A stretch of DNA of 64,000 nucleotides from Trichoplax adhaerens. Lineage: Eukaryota; Animalia; Placozoa. The translations under genes were made by a program, and so were the position numbers. The stretch is from the NCBI RefSeq assembly GCF_000150275.1, contig NW_002060977.1:191235-255234 (forward strand), in the 5' to 3' direction. The notes beneath the pieces are model-generated. The model saw only the letters and a list, made by a program, of their open reading frames with translations, was not told the DNA's origin and ran no database searches. The stretch's first letter is position 1, and the number at the start of each line of letters is the position of its first letter. Below are positions 14,201-29,200 of the stretch, in pieces.

Positions 14201-17200
14201 AAAGGTTCAATTTATAAAATTGAATAATTTCTATCAATACAACTAGAATTTTGTGCATTTCAGAAAGTAATAATACAGTATAAATACTATTAAAGTTTCA
14301 TAAGTTGCAAAGTATAAATACAACAAGTTCGGGAAGTGAAATTAATATAAAAGTATATTAAAAAAGGAAGGTAACCTTTCTTCTTGAGATTCCGAATTTA
14401 ATGTAAAAGATTTAATTACTCTAGTAATTGTTCTAAGGTGATTTACAGGCATTATAAAGTTCTGTTAATATTCCCTACATTCTCAGAATGTATGTGCTTG
14501 GGTGTATATGATAATGTCTTGAAATGTGAGCAGCTAAATTTTTCTTGAACTCTTATGATATTATGGCCGTTCATCTCTGTAAAACAACTGAGAAATCTGA
14601 TCATGCAGATAATTATAAAATATAGCATGCAAATTATTTATAGCCATGTCATTAGCCTCCACAAATCACCACGATAAATTCAGACTTATGATTTACAAAG
14701 ATCTTAATTTCATTATTTATGAACTCGCACACATAAATATGTGACGATGAACACATTTATTCATGAAATATTACATTTGAGATCAGTCTAATTCAGTTAA
14801 ATTATAGATGAACTACCACGTTTTCCTTTTAATTATTACAATTTTATTACATTTTCTTAATTAAAGCAATCTTTAAGATTTGCAATTTTTTCGTAAAGAC
14901 ATAAATTAACATTTACATACTGTACTGTACTCATTACCATACTACGTTATACGCAGTACTATACAAAAAAGTTCATTCTACTTTGCTTATGGTTGCGAGC
15001 TACTTTCTCTTTCTATTTTTCAACCGGTAATTTTTACCTTAGGTTTTAAAACAAATGAGTTCAGTACATGATGAATGCGTATGCTCACAGGTAAAAACAT
15101 ATAAACATTGGTAAACAATTATGGCGAAGTTATGGATTCGGCATAAGCTACTGCTGAGATAGGGTAATTTTATAATTATGTTTCAGTCAAAGTAACACTT
15201 TAGTTGTAGAAATTTAAAGGTCGAGTTAAAATGGTGACGAATTTCAGTACTCAAAAATTTCCGGTTATGTAGATGGCAGTCTATCTGTAAAAAATAATTA
15301 TTAACGTTACATGTCTTAATTTAACTTTCGTAAACAAAAAAGACATATCATATTTTCATAGTTAATTTTGCTCAACTGTATCTTTGGACTAAATCAGTTA
15401 TTTAGATGTATATCATTAAGAACGTTATCGTATTTACTGCATCGAATCCACTAGTATCAGTAGAATTAATAGTGAGACAATTTTAAATACCAATAAACTC
15501 TCTTTATACACTACTTATGCTTAATGTTTAGGTATAGTCTTGAGTCCAATCCGATCTTTTATTTACGAATTTTTATACATCATGGCGCAATATTGGCATG
15601 CAATTATCATCAAGTGTAAATAAAGCACTTTTATATTTTACAACTCATTTGATTATGTGCTTATATCGTATATATTATGCATTATTTTTTAACGTTATTT
15701 CGTGGTGTAGATAAGCACCATATATGAGATATCATTTTAACGTTATATTTGTAAAAGAAACACTTAAAGCACATATCACTATATAACAATAAAAACAATT
15801 TTGTATTTAACTGCTGTATAGTTTTTGGTACGCTTAAGCATTGTGATAGCTGCTATGAAAACTCCTGCTGTAATTGTGTGGATTGGACAATATGCTATGG
15901 TCGGATGTCTTCTATATATACGAATGCTACAGATGCTCCTAACGACATTAGTACATCTTCAATTCAATCTCTGTAAGAAAATTTAAAGCCTAATATGAAT
16001 ACTAGTGCGTGAGTCGTGCTATTTTTATTATATGATATATGTAGTATTAGTATCGAGCAATTGTTGACTTAGATTACCTAAGCAATTTCTGTATAGAAAG
16101 ACCTCTGCTTACAAGACATTTAAAATTACGTTTGATTATTTCTTCAGTATCTATAATAATTCACTTCAAATCAATAAGAAAAATATTAAAGAGCTATTTT
16201 GTTAGTTGTCTCAGTTAAGGATAAACTTATTTATGCATTTAAAGTTTAAAATAGTGTTTATCGTGAGATCTTTTATGACAACTCTGTTATTTTTAGGCAA
16301 TATTAGTTCGTAAGTAAAGTCAATTCTTATGCTAACATGGCAACAACGAAATAACTGATATTTAGCTGCTGAGATAAATGAGCAAGAAGGAATTGATAGT
16401 AGAGAAATGATTGTTAAAAATTTTAATTTATCTTTTGTTGGAGCTTTACAACAGACAGAGATTATTGCTTATTAAATACCTTATATATAGCGGATTAAAT
16501 ATATGATTTTTTTTATTACTTTTGCCGTCGAAATTAAGGAGAATAAGGTTTGCTTTATCGTAAAGCAACTATGTTTTCCGAAGTCCACATTAGAAAATCA
16601 TTGCAGCTATATAAGATGCACTATTACAAAATTTGCACATCAGATATTATGGAAGTGCTTCTGCTTCATAGTGATCTATTACCGTGATCTTCCTTTATTA
16701 TTATACTGAAAATAATTTCAAACTTTTACGGGCTGGTTTGTGATCTTAAAGACAGCAATAAAGAGTATATATCACAGATTCATACCTCACCGTGATCTCA
16801 TACATCGCGCTACGTATCCTTGAAATTGTAGATAGTGCTGTGGATGGATTGGTCTGCATACATAATCTCTAACTACAAGAATCAATACAATAAAGTAATA
16901 CTTACTCTGATACAATATCGTAACATCCATAGAGCCTTACCATAATGAGGACTTCAGACTTAGATTACCGAAATTTTACAAATCCTACTGCAAATGTAGC
17001 TGCATTTTTAGTCTTCAAGTAGACCAATTTTCTTTGAAGCAAACTTATAATTTTTTTGTTTTTAAGATTTTAGTTTTAACGTTATTAACTGATAATATCT
17101 TATCCGTGACTCAGGTATGTCGAAAATTTAAATTCAACTATTCAAGAATTGCTATTCTGTAGCTATCGAAATATGTAAGTTTTTGAGATAAGCACCAAAT

Positions 17201-20200
17201 CAATAATCCTCCCTGCATGCACAAAATTAAATGTAATTGATGTACATATTGTAAATCATTAAATATAATATTATAATACTTAATATATTTGCACTAAATA
17301 CTATAAGCTATCGCTTTTTAATTTATCAGAGCAATATATTCCAGTCATATTTATCGATTAGCGCCAGAGACATTTGAAAGATGCGATAATCTTAAGACAT
17401 TGTAAGTTAAAGATTACAGAAACTAATCAGTCATGGTAGTTGTACAAATTTTTTCGAATGCGAATAATCTTTATACTTTTACAAAGAAAACTCCATGCCT
17501 AAAATCTTTCGCATAACCATGAAAGTGAAACCTATACAGTTTTTATGACCATAATTATTCCTTGTCAATGAATATAACTACTAGTGTGAAAAATTATGGT
17601 TATTATAAAAGTAATCAATTTCGTGCAGGAGCTTTATTCAAAATTTTCTCAAATTCGATGAAATAGTGGACGTTGTAACGGCGCTAGATTCACTGAAGGG
17701 ACTGTGAGTATGAGTATACATTCTCTGTATCATAATGTCAACGTTATTTGTAAAATAATGCAAAATAAGTATTAGTAAATTTTAATCGAATTCTAGTAGG
17801 AGCTTCGATTTTAATATTCGCATTCAATTTTGCCACACTTGTAATTTTAAGCTAGTTTGTGCTAAAATTTGGAAAAATATTGATCGAAAATAAAATATTA
17901 AGTAATGATGACAAATAAGGATACCTTAGGTTATATTCGCTTCTGTTTTTTCGGGGACCTATTTTCACTTACTGTAATGTAACTTAGTAATGTGATTGTA
18001 GACTGTTAGCCATGTTTAGTATAATGTACGGTAGATATTTATCCTAAGAGATATTTGGTAACTATAACTATAGACTGTAGTGGTAGAGACTCTATGCTAG
18101 AGTACAGATGACTATATACAGTAAGGTGTTGAGTTACTAATAAGGTTATAGGTAAAAATAGAACTGTAAATCATATATTAGGATATGCTTAATTCATTAT
18201 ACTTTGGCTGGTGTGAATAATGTCTACGTAAATACTGTAGTTGTATCCATATTGGATTAATGATGATCCGCAGTAGAATAGTCTTACTAAGAATAATTTA
18301 ACTATTTATACAACAAGGTAAAATGTTGCCATGCGGATTGTAGCTGCGAATGCTACGGAAAGTATAAAAGCATGCAACTTTAGATTATTCTGTTAGTTCG
18401 TTCTAGAAGTCTTTAGTAGTAGTATTCGGCTAGAGTAGAGCTGTGTGTAGTTGATCTTTGTATAAGATTCAATGAAGCCTTTATTTTTCTAAAATTTGGA
18501 ATTTCGTGATTGGTATTTATCACACTTGCCAAGTGTAGATTATATACGAGTTGATATCTTCAGTACATCTACCTATTTATTAGGGTATAAATTTGTGCTA
18601 GTTAAGGTTTTCATTACATAGCTTTAAGTTCTTTGCTCACGTTATGGCTTGAATTATGACAAGTTAAAGTGTTATTGAAGTAAAAAACTTGATTAGACAA
18701 CTTGCATACTCAAATTGCGTAACTAAAATTAATAATCCGGTAAATAAATTTTCACAGAGTTATAAAGGCTAATAAGTTCAAAGATTCTCCTGTCAATTTT
18801 CGCAACTTATTTTGCAATCAGTTAGGATCTCTGAAAATATTGTAAGTAGTTTTGCTTCATCAATAGTTTAGCAAAGCTGGAAATTGTCTGACGTGCAGAC
18901 TATAGTAATGACAAACTTTGATAATACTAAAATGTTGATTTACTTATCTGGTTGTGAGAATTTTTACATTGCTATTGCAAATCCGTTACTGATATTTGGA
19001 TTAAATTTTTTTATATTATTTAGTGTTTATGAATATGAACGCTTGGTCGATATTGGAATTAAAACGTTTCATTATTTACCTAATCTGACAACATTGTACG
19101 TAATTATTTTATAATTTTATCAAAAATTTTAATTTTGGTTGGTAAGTTGTAGAAATTTATAGTTGTATTTTGGAATGACGACAATTTGCAATGTTATTGT
19201 CTCAAATACTGAAGATGTATTTCAAGCACGGTCATTCATAATAAGGAAACTAATGGCTAAGTCGCAAATAACTGTCTAACAGGAATACATTCACTCCTCA
19301 TAAAAAAGTGTCACCGACTGACTGCGGCTGCTAATTTTTCATATTTCTAGCGTAACTATTTAGAAATATTAACAATATAATTAGTTTATAATAGTAATAG
19401 TATGAGAATTAAATTAAATTAAGAAATTTACTTTAAAATTCTAAGGTATTTTCAATAAGACGATTGCGATTACCTTAAAAAGAGTCTTGTAATAATTTTA
19501 ATAAGCATCATTTTGTAGACATAGAAACAAACGCATACTCATGATATCGACTTATAATAATATCCATAATTATAATGAGGAATTTAATAGCAGGTGTATT
19601 TCATTGCAGAGGATTATCGCATAACCGTATCGTGCAACTCCGTCCTGAGAATTTTGCAAATTTGATAAATTTGCAAGTTTTGTACGTAAAATACTTAGCA
19701 ATAATAATTCAAAATTATTACATTTGAGCTTGTTTTGCAACATCTGCATTTCATTAAACAAATTATAAATGCATAATTAACTCTTAATGAATTGATAATC
19801 TGATTTTAGGAATATAAGTCATAACAGAATCCATCTCATCCTTGAGAATACCTTTATATCCTTGAAAAAATTAAGACATTTGTAAGTTAACAGAACACAT
19901 TTTTACGTCCACGGTGATATCCTAAGTTGTTGTCTAAAGGTACACTCGAAAGTAACGCCAGATGAAATGTTATTTCTATTCTATCACTATTGTTGTAATA
20001 CTGCTAGATGTTTATCAGTATTATAAAACTAATGCACTACGTAGTCGCTAGGCAATTTAATGAATAGTAATCACGCTTCCTCTAAAAGTTTCTAGACAAC
20101 TGTAGTGGTCAATTAATACTAAAAGAATTTTAGTACAACTCTAAATATTAACAATCTGCTGATCGTCACAATAAATAGCTAGGCTCTCTCAGACAAAACT

Positions 20201-23200
20201 AAGCTCAAACTTCATCGGAAAACTGGCCTACTGATAGTAAATCTATCTCGACATCAATTAATTTTCAATATATGGACAATTTCATAAAAAGATATATGTA
20301 ACGTAGTAGATATGGTATTATTATGGATATCAATCTATGCACTTAAACAAAAAATAAGCATGTGATAAAGTGAATTGAGTAAATTATTTTCCTAAGACAC
20401 AGAGGTTTCATTTTTTTGAATTTAGATTAGACACTTTATCACTGTGATAAAGTGATCTTCAAAACAATAAATCAAGAACTACAGTTTCTTGTAAATTTCA
20501 CTTTATTACAGAAGTTAGGTTCGTCTAACTACCAAGGACTATCTGACTATCTGACAATCTACTTATTACAGCAAAATTCACGATTTATATACGATTAGTT
20601 ACAGAATGCTTTTACTGTAACAAATCTTATCTTGCCCATTAAGTCGCAAGATCAGATCTAAATTTACTATCGCGCAATCTATTCATAATTCGCACGTCTA
20701 TTTAAAGCATTACAATACAATATTTACAGTACTAACTGTGATATATACCAATCACGAAATTTCCAAATTTTAGAAAAATAAGAGCTTTATTGAATCTTAT
20801 ACAAAGATCAACTACACACAGCTCTACTCTAGCCGAATACTACTACTAAAGACTTCTACAACGAACTAACAGAATAATCTAAAGTTGCATGCTTTTATAC
20901 TTTTCGTAGCATTCGCAGCTACAATCCAATCCGCATGGCAACCTTTTACCTTATTTTACACATAGTTAAATTATTCTTAGTAAGACTATTCTACTGCGGA
21001 CCATCATTAATCCAATATGGATACGACTACAGTATTTACGTAGACATTATTCACACCAGCCAAAGTACAATGAATTAACCATATCCTAATACATGATTTA
21101 CAGTTCTATTTTTACCTATAACCTTATTAGTAACTCAACACCTTACTGTATATAGTCATCTGTACTCTAGCATAGAGTCTCTACCACTACAGTCTATAGT
21201 TATAGCTACCAAATATCTCTTAGGATAAATATCTACCGTACATTATACTACACATGGCTAACAGTCTACAATCCCAATACTAAGTTACATTACACTAACA
21301 TACTTAGCGCAAATCTATTTATATCTCAGATCTTTATATAAACATCTTAATAGATTCGCTACAATACGTACTGTAAACATCTTCTACAAATAGATTCTTG
21401 CACAATCTTACACTCTAGCTTACAAGTTAAGTTATTCTCGTACAGTCTTAAAATAGTAATCTAAGCTATATTTGGGGCTGCAATACAATCACTAAGCATT
21501 AGTCTACGAAAGTCGCCTTGCGATATAACTGCATAACGTATTGGTGTTCGAAGTTGGAATCTTAGTAACTTATTTCGTTGTGAAGTTCCAATGTATTAAA
21601 AATGTCTCACTATGGCGCTCTCGAGAATTTACCCTGGTTCTAAAATTATAATATTGCAATGAGACAATTTCTCGTACTTTAGAAAGTGGTTTTAACCAAT
21701 TTGTCTATGCTATGTCAATTTAGATCCTTCGATTTAACTCTAAAATAAGTAAGAGTACAGAAAATTCAGCATCAATGATTAATATTAACTTGAGAATGTT
21801 GTTTCTTGTTGAAATACAGTGCTATGAAACCTTCTAATTTTATCTTAATAAATTAAAAATCGCATAAAATAAAAATAGTGTTCTTCTATTCTATAATAAG
21901 TCTACAGTTATATACTCATAATAAACTTACGCTTCACTCTTCATGGTTTCTTAATACTGTGACTCCCTATTTTACGGAGATCTAAAATTTTTAAGACCCC
22001 TAGAGTCATAGCTGCGTCAACCCTGCTTTATGGAAAAGTTTATGCCAATACAATTTTTATTGATTAATATTAAATTTTACACAAATACTCTTGTGGCTGT
22101 TAGTAAACGAAATTAAAAATTATGTAACTGAGCTATTCTTGCTACCACAGCAATTCTAGTTTAGATTCGAGAAAGGTCTCGAAAGATATTTAATGCAACT
22201 GCTTTCAATCGTAATTCTGTAGTGATTCCTGTTTCGTTAGTGAAGCTAACAATTGTGGTAATAATAACTTAACTTTAGTAATGTTTTAGTCTATCATATG
22301 CCAGCTTAAGCTACAACTTGAACATATTAAACCATAGCTCCAATTTCATTATTTAATTATGACATTTTAAGAAAGTGCAAGAATTTATGATATTTATAAC
22401 ATACTCTTATACCGAAACGTTTAATTTCATGAATTATCATGCTAGAAATATGGCAGTCAATAACGTCAGAAAAATTGATTCTGATACCTTTTACGGGCTC
22501 GAAAATCTAAAATATATGTAAGTATAAGCTGAAGATTTCAAACACAATTCGTAGTCTAGCTCACCTGCATCTGGAAAAGCAAATTATGAAATAAGTCAGT
22601 ATGCGTAATGTTACCGATTTGTGATACCAATGTTGAGATATAGCACATAAATTTTATTCACAATATCAATGAAGTGAAGCTTGCTCTCATTATGGTGCAT
22701 CAATAGTAAAACATGATTTTTTAAATAAGATCTTCATTACTACTTTATCTTAGTAAGTACCAGTGAGCCCTTGCAGACTCAACTGCGCCATTTTAACGTA
22801 CTCTAAGCAATTTGAAAAGCAGAAATAGGACTTTTTAGAAATATTATTAAGACGTTTGATCATCCAGAATTTCTCAGTAGCTTATAAACCGTAACCTATT
22901 CATATTAAATAAAGCTTATAATTGACGTCAGCTCTTTTAGGTCTAATATTTACGCTTGTAACTTATTGTATATACGTGCGATTGATAATCTGTTCTAGGC
23001 ATAGGTCATAAATAGTTGTATTCTTGAATTTTTTTTGATATATAAAAAGGAATCCAAATTCAAATGGGCGAGATATTTGCTCTTTCAGATTATCATCTAA
23101 TAAATAGCAAATATAAGTGTGCTTTCTTTTAAGTGAAAACTTTGCACTTAAATTAATCGGGGTTATGTTAACTTTCAAACATTTCATAAATACAATCAGG

Positions 23201-26200
23201 CTAAATGGATGAATATATTATTTGATACGTATTTTTAGAAATTTGAAAATGAACCATATAGAACAAATTCATAATCAAGTCTTGGAATCTTTACCAAATT
23301 TATTGCATCTGTAAGATTTGCTAGCCAAGAATACATTTATCATAAATATTCATGCAGTTATAGTTTCTTTTTAAATAGTGTTGTATTCTACACATCAATT
23401 TGGTCTTGTATTTTGTATCCTTTACAATTAATATTTGGATCTCATTTTGCCTAAGAGTTCATTTAAACTTTATTATACTGTAATAAGGGCTAATATACGA
23501 AATCTTTCATTAAGGATTATATCCTCCAATCGTCAAATTGCTATAAATTTTAGAGAAACGAAGAATAATTCAACGCTAAGGATAATGTAATACCGCTGTT
23601 TCTGAATCAGTCTTAATTTGCATTAGTATGGTCATCAAGACTTCGGAGTTAATGAAATAATTGACGATTAACAATGATATTAAGCAAAAGAAAATATGTT
23701 TAATTAACGTAGATTAAGTGCTGAAATCCATTTTATTATAGGAGAATGCTAAATTGTAAAAATATATGCATTTTAGTAATTTAGAAGCCAATTCTATCTC
23801 TTCCATGACGTCCGAAACATTCTATGGGATGCAAAATTTAAAATTTATGTGAGTATACATCCAGTAGAAAATGCAAGGCAAACTTAATTGAAAATTTTTT
23901 TTGGCTTAAATTTGTCATTTTTTAACGATGTTGTAAACGATAAATTAACTGTATGCGAGACTGAGATTTCGAATGCTATCAGAAATCTTTATAGCTTTTC
24001 AACACGTATAAATTGTTAGCACAATTTTATTTTCTCAAAAATATGGTAAAAAGCATAAAACTATTACTTGAAAGTAATACTAGCTGAATTTAAAAAAAAT
24101 TACCTGTAACAGTTCTGCTAAGACTTTTTGCTCCTATATCGCTTATTACTTCAACATTATATCAAAACATAGATTAAATTAGTTAAAAGATACATTATGA
24201 AGGTTATAAATAGATCACTCTGAATTCTTGGTTTATTAATTTGTTTATATTTATTCACGAATTTCTCAGTAAGATGGCAAATAATGGGCTAACTGTAATT
24301 CAAAGCGGTGCTTTCCAGAATTTGTCGAATTTGCAGAAGATGTAAGCATTTTAGAGATCTAATTTCTTGGGATTTTTCTCTACACGCCCTTAAAATCAAA
24401 GTTGAGATTTAGAGTCACATTTTAACGCTAAGAAAAGGTTCTATAGCATACCCACATAGACAGTATTAGTAGTAAAGAGGTTCAAATTTCGCGTATTTAA
24501 CAAATTTTTCTAAAAGGTCCTCATCCAAAGCAACTATGGCTGTACTGATTTCATGTAGATACTACGCCAATAATATGAATTAGAATATTTAAATAATTTA
24601 ATATTCTAAATTTATCTTTAGATATCTCAATCGAAATTTCATCGTCAAATTAGAAGATAATGCCTTTAGCAACTTACCTAGCCTAAAAATATTGTTAGTA
24701 TTTCTAAAAAACTGATATACTTAAATACGGATTTATGCTACTATAAACAGACTTACTAAGCGGGTTTAAAATTTATAATAAACTTATTTCCAGGCATTGA
24801 TTAACCTCGATACAACTATCCCTGTATTTAATTATGTTAATGAACGATTTATAAATTGATATAGTTATAGATAAGCCCTGCAACATGGATAACGTACAAT
24901 ATACAAATTTCTGACTTTAAGAAGTCTGAAAATTGCTTATTCCTCCATTATTTAATTCGCGCTGTAGCCGAAATACCTTTACCTTTACATTAACTGAAAT
25001 TATAATGAATGACCTGCTCTTGCAGACTATCAAGCTTATATAGTATTTGGCAGCAGCTGCAAGTGATAATATCAAAATGGTTCACGCAATTCAAGCGTTA
25101 AATCTACAATCAGTTACCTATCAAATACACCAGTATTTATACTGTAAATATATACTGTTTGATTCGAGATATCTCGGCCATCGTGTATTTATACATTGAA
25201 TTGAATCTTTATTGTTGCTGCTATAAAATGAAATCTGCTTCTGGTTAGTTTTACAATTGTAAAAACTCGTGCTATCAATTAAATAATTTCAATAATCATG
25301 TAGTGATATCAGATATCGTACGACGTAAATTTACAGTCTTATCACTAGTATAACTTGATTCCTGCGGTAGTTATTTAATCTTAGTGACTGTGGCAGTGCT
25401 ATATATTGTATTAGAGTAGAAACATCTATGTTAGAATAATTCTGTTAGCTTATCCTTATTTAGTTAACTTTTAATTTGGATATTCTGTGTTTTAATATAG
25501 CGCTGACTTTTTATGACCGTGACACATATACACATGCGTTATACGCATATACACATACTGAAATTACTAGTTATAATAGGGAATGCGAATCATCTACTTA
25601 CAGTTCCAATCATTGTGATTGTAACTTACTTATGGTAGATTGTAAATTATCGTGGAAATGTTCCGTGATAAGACATATCGTAATCTGACTATTCTGTATT
25701 AGTCATCAGATGTCTATGGTCGTAAATAATGTTGTCTGCATTAAGGGAGCAGTAGCTAAAATTAATATCTAATTCAGTGAATGATTCCAAAGTTAATCGT
25801 ACTAACTATGACTCATGAACTATTGAGGAAGAGTATATAAATGCAGTATATCGTGTAATAAAGTGGATTCTTAAACTTAGTGTTTAACGTAAAATACGAG
25901 GCGTTTAAGTCTTTCTGTATTCTGTTAGTAGAGCAAAAGTGTTTGTGATAGTGCAGATATCGTTTCTTGACACGTAGTTCAAGGAATTGACTTATTGATC
26001 GTACATTACGTTATCTTGTTGCAAAGCTGTTTTGTGACAGTGGCTATAAAAAAATAAATTTATTAAATATTTTAATCCAGCCCTAACAATGCTTTTCATC
26101 CAGTTGGATGCTTCAATTATTTTGTAGATTGCTCGATATCTATTAATTTTGTATCTTATTTCATCACAGGAACTTAAACAGAAATGAAATAAAAACTATG

Positions 26201-29200
26201 AGCAAACCTTTTCATCAATTACCACAATTAAGATACCTGTTATTACAATTTTATGAATGATTTTATTCTTATGAAGTTATATCATTAGATTAAATTGAAT
26301 CATAACGAATTTTGTAATATACTCTTTGCATATAGGGATTTAAGCTACAATTTAATATATGATGAGAATATATCACGAACTGCACTAAGCGATTTGATAA
26401 GATTAGAGACTTTGTAAGGATGATATTCATTAATAATTACTTATTGATGGATTAACGGACCATTTATTATTTAACTTATAACTCTTCATGGATAAAATCT
26501 AAGAAATTTCTTTTTAATTATACTGATTAACTTGTTATTAACTGAAAGTATGGTAATGGTGTCTAGGGATTTATCTGGCAACCACATCAAGAAATTGGCC
26601 AACAGTAGCTTTTGCGGTCTAACAAATTTAAAATACTTGTGAGTAAAGATTGTAATAAGCCTGTTTCTTTACTACCTATTACCATTGTAGCAAAGTGGGT
26701 ATACAGCTGAGAATCAATATCATTCTTTAAGTGAGCAAATCTTAAAATTATTGTCAGTACCGTAAGTTATGATACGATAGTAAAGGGAACATAATTAAGT
26801 ACGGCTCTATAAATGCAATTATATTATGTTCAATTCGTAACATTACCTACTATAAAACTTTCAAGCTTTCAGCTCAGCTTTAAGGTGGTTTCTTGGTATT
26901 GTTTAATTCTAGTCGAATCTTGGATATATTACATATTTTTTCACCGGAATATATTTTACTAAATTCCTATAGAAATAAAACTATATCAATAATTAGCTAT
27001 CTTGTTTAAATATTCTACTCACAGCGCCAAATTGTAGTGACCTAGTAATAGACTCCGGCTATTACTATTGGTTCGCCTACGTAACCCAAAATTTGAGTTA
27101 ACGAAAATTGAGTAATTCCATAAATTGATATATGAAAGTAAATACCCAAAAATAGCCTTGAATATTAACTTTTATTCGTACGTTCGTCTATTGGAGAAGA
27201 TTTCAAAATTCTTCTTCTCATAACAACAGTTGAAAATAACTAAGATAAACCGGATAATACCACATAGACAAATTTGCACACAAATCACTTCTATACAAAC
27301 AATACCAATAAATGCTTCCATTCTATAGTAGTTAGGGTCAGAGGTCAGGGTTAGGGTTAGGGTTAGAGTGTACATGCTAGATTCAACACTTTACTAAGAT
27401 AATATGGATTTATATACTCAAGCTTGTACATAATTTACAATGTAGATAATCCTTTTTTTTATGATATACGACTTTAGCAGGAGAATGATAGTTCTTTTTT
27501 ATAAACAGTACTTTGTTTCTGTTTATTACACTTCCAGCCATCAACTTTACTTTTACAATTAGTTTAAGTCATTACGCAGAAGTATGCTAATGTTATCTAG
27601 CTATAATCTTTGACAAATCATCTAGCTTTGTACGCGTTAAAGTTATATATATATCAACGTATCTTAACGCTTTCTTGATAACTCAATTACTATTTTGATA
27701 ACATCATGAAATGCATTCTAGGTATCTCTCTTTGAATCTTATTTCAAATTTACCAGATGGCATTTTCATTGGATTGGATCAGCTGGTCGTTTTGTAAGTT
27801 AAACTTTAATTTTATCTAAGTAATTAGCTTTAAAATAAAGATAGTTTTTAGTAATAGATTGCCATGGGCTATAGTAATCATTAAGTTTAGGAGATAATAG
27901 ATTAACTAAGTTTTAAATTAGCTGGATCTTAAATTGAAATGAATAAGTCTTATAACCTATCACTGTACTAAATAAAAAATAATTAAATTCGAATGGTTTA
28001 GGCAATTAGACAACAACAAGCTCAAAACTATCGATCGACAGTTGTTTGCTGGTTTAATTAAATTGCAAGAATTGTAAGTGCTGGTGCCTGTTATAGCTTG
28101 GCAAAATCATAAAATGGGAGCGAGTGCATTCAGTCATTTCACTATTGCTTCATTATCTCTAAGTTGACATTGGTATCCCAGAATTGATCCACAGTATAGT
28201 TATTTGTAATGTAATAGTTAAAATCTATGCTTTCTTACAAAATTAAGCCAACCACAAGCGATTGCTATAGCGTATTAAAGGGAGTCAGCATCTCCAAAAT
28301 GCTATAATTAATGTGGAATTCAGTCTATTCCTTTAAATTATATCTATTCCATGTGAAAATGTTACACAGCTTTCAAAATAATCTTAATAGTTTATCTAAA
28401 GAATGCCAATTTGGGAAAATTGATTTAGAATTAGGAAATTTATAATGAGCTTACGTACCAGGTCATAAATGTAAACTCGAGAATCACATCATTTAGGTGA
28501 AGTACTGTAAAAATTACTTTACGAAAGACCTACTGGTGGGCCTTTAAGTTAAACTTTATCTGTAAAAATAACGTTGACTAAAAGTTGTCGTATTTTATCT
28601 ACTGATTACATCAAGTTTCTATATCAAATAGTACTTTATTCATCGTATTCTGATTCCATTACGATATTCTAACTCGTTTGTAACTGATAAAATTATTTAC
28701 GTTACCAAAACTAATTTCGCGCGATAACCTGCAAAGACTATAAGTAAGGCATTTAGTGATTGATCGAGTTATCAATATAGTAGAAAATTATCAATATCAG
28801 ATTATATTGATTAAAGGGTTTAATAGCGAAACTGATGTATACATAATTTATATATTTAATATAAAGGAATCTACTAAATAATGGCATCATAAAAGTTGGC
28901 CGAGATACATTTTTGGATTTGACGTACCTACAGAATATGTAAGTTAAAATCTATCCGAAACAAATATTCATTTACTGGTGAGAGTAAATATTAATTTAAA
29001 TTCAAACAGATCATGAACTGATAGATGTAATAAAATACTGTAGACACTATGAATTTAAGTACTAGAAATAACTAAAGTAAGGCTATTATTTTATCTTTCT
29101 TTCATTTAACTTACCATAAAATAACTATTAAAAAATTCCTAAAAATCTGCATCCGGCCCTGCATTACGATATTAACTCACTATCAGAATAGCTTCTTGAT

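Noticed and set aside
8856-26039. Family A copies 1 and 2 as paired LTRs of one full-length retrotransposon
   Set aside because: Each copy has its own distinct TSD, and the interval contains host exons with no gag/pol.
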